Positions 35,581 through 36,331 of a stretch of DNA of 36,331 nt are shown in pieces (the first letter of the stretch is position 1; each line of letters starts with the position of its first letter). The translations under genes and the position numbers were made by a program. Origin of the DNA: Bacilli bacterium (lineage in GTDB: Bacteria; Bacillota_I; Bacilli_A; ML615J-28; CAG-698). The stretch lies in NCBI GenBank assembly GCA_041667425.1, contig JBAYFA010000001.1:1-36331 (forward strand), written 5' to 3'. A model generated the notes under the pieces. It worked only from the letters and a program-made list of their open reading frames with translations. It ran no database searches and was not told where the DNA came from.

Positions 35581-35766
35581 ATGGCAAAAAAATCATTAAT
35601 CATTAAAAATAAACGTAAATCTAAATTCGGAGTCAGAGATTATACCCGCTGCGAGCGTTGCGGAAGACCTCACGCCGTTTATCGTAAATTTAAACTATGC
35701 CGACTTTGCTTTCGTGAGTTAGCGTCTAAGGGACAAATCCCTGGCGTTACTAAGTCAAGTTGGTAG
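35581..35766 (+). CDS. rpsN: 30S ribosomal protein S14, short zinc-binding (type Z) form
   Basis: 61 aa, with [23 protein letters not shown] (CxxC...CxxC). Confidence 0.96.
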   Translation: MAKKSLIIKNKRKSKFGVRDYTRCERCGRPHAVYRKFKLCRLCFRELASKGQIPGVTKSSW

Positions 35767-35784
35767 TGGGAAGGAGGCCATATT

Positions 35785-36183
35785 ATGGTAATGACTGATC
35801 CAATTGCTGATATGCTTACCCGCATACGTAACGCCAACAATATGAAAATGGCGATTGTGGAAATGCCAGCATCAAGAATCAAATTGGAAATTTTAAATGT
35901 ATTGAAAAATGAAGGTTACATCGGTGATATAGAGTTCGCTGAAGACGGGAAACAAGGTACCATTCGTGTTGCTTTGAAATATACCGACAAAAAAGAACGT
36001 ATCATCAAAGGAATCAAACGTATTTCAAAACCTGGACTACGCGTTTATGCCACTTCAACCCAAATGCCTAAAGTTTTAAATGGCTTAGGAATTGCGGTTG
36101 TATCAACTTCAAATGGAGTAATGACTGATAAAGCTGCCCGGATGCAACACATCGGCGGCGAAGTTGTTGCCTACGTTTGGTAA
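35785..36183 (+). CDS. rpsH: 30S ribosomal protein S8
   Basis: The N-terminus reads [23 protein letters not shown] lies 7 nt upstream. Confidence 0.97.
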   Translation: MVMTDPIADMLTRIRNANNMKMAIVEMPASRIKLEILNVLKNEGYIGDIEFAEDGKQGTIRVALKYTDKKERIIKGIKRISKPGLRVYATSTQMPKVLNGLGIAVVSTSNGVMTDKAARMQHIGGEVVAYVW

Positions 36184-36195
36184 GGAGGATAAACT

Positions 36196-36331
36196 ATGTC
36201 AAGAATTGGAAAAAAAGCCATTAAATTGCCAGAGGGCGTTAGTGTCACTCTCGGTGAAGCAAATTATGTTGAAGTGAAGGGACCAAAAGGAGTTTGCCAT
36301 TTTACTTTTCATCCTGATATGAAAATTGAAA
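36196..36331 (+). CDS. rplF: 50S ribosomal protein L6, N-terminal fragment (continues past window)
   Basis: The N-terminus reads MSRIGKKAIKLPEGVSV. AGGAGG RBS. The frame is open to the window end. Confidence 0.95.
   Translation, partial: MSRIGKKAIKLPEGVSVTLGEANYVEVKGPKGVCHFTFHPDMKIE

Overview
AT-rich chromosomal segment of a low-GC Bacillota-type bacterium. It uses the standard genetic code: TGA closes several genes (e.g. msrA, guaB, the MFS-GH2 ORF) and never interrupts the recognisable ones. The organism is walled, since lipobox lipoproteins and a muramoyl-L-alanine amidase are present. An Erysipelotrichia-like origin is only a guess.

Nearly all genes are on the + strand. Positions 1-29.1 kb hold single genes and short operons:
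- an ABC exporter
- a Crp/Fnr regulator divergent from an ATPase-less ABC importer
- an XRE regulator
- a DUF2779-type nuclease
- guaB-guaA behind a guanine riboswitch
- a TetR regulator divergent from an MMPL exporter
- two lipoprotein hydrolases with the same repeat module
- a tightly overlapping SGNH-hydrolase/msrA/glycerate-kinase operon
- an NYN/OST-HTH protein
- a 992-aa MFS transporter fused to a GH2 glycosidase
- an Smr-like protein, a DEDDh exonuclease with BRCT domain, and an RluA-type pseudouridine synthase
- a nitroreductase and an aldo/keto reductase with an Fe-S tail

Positions 29.3-36.3 kb are the S10-spc ribosomal protein cluster, rpsJ through a partial rplF.

I found no tRNA, rRNA, CRISPR array, IS element, integrase or prophage block. 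I also found no convincing multi-gene novel system such as a defence island. The most unusual items are:
- the MFS-GH2 single-ORF fusion
- the Cas4-like/DEDD-like DUF2779 protein
- the duplicated palindrome that appears to wire the Crp/Fnr regulator to the orphan importer
- a 15-bp hairpin that buries the nitroreductase Shine-Dalgarno sequence
- an 87-aa insertion inside the amidase catalytic domain

All family assignments come from reading motifs by eye and need HMM or BLAST confirmation.
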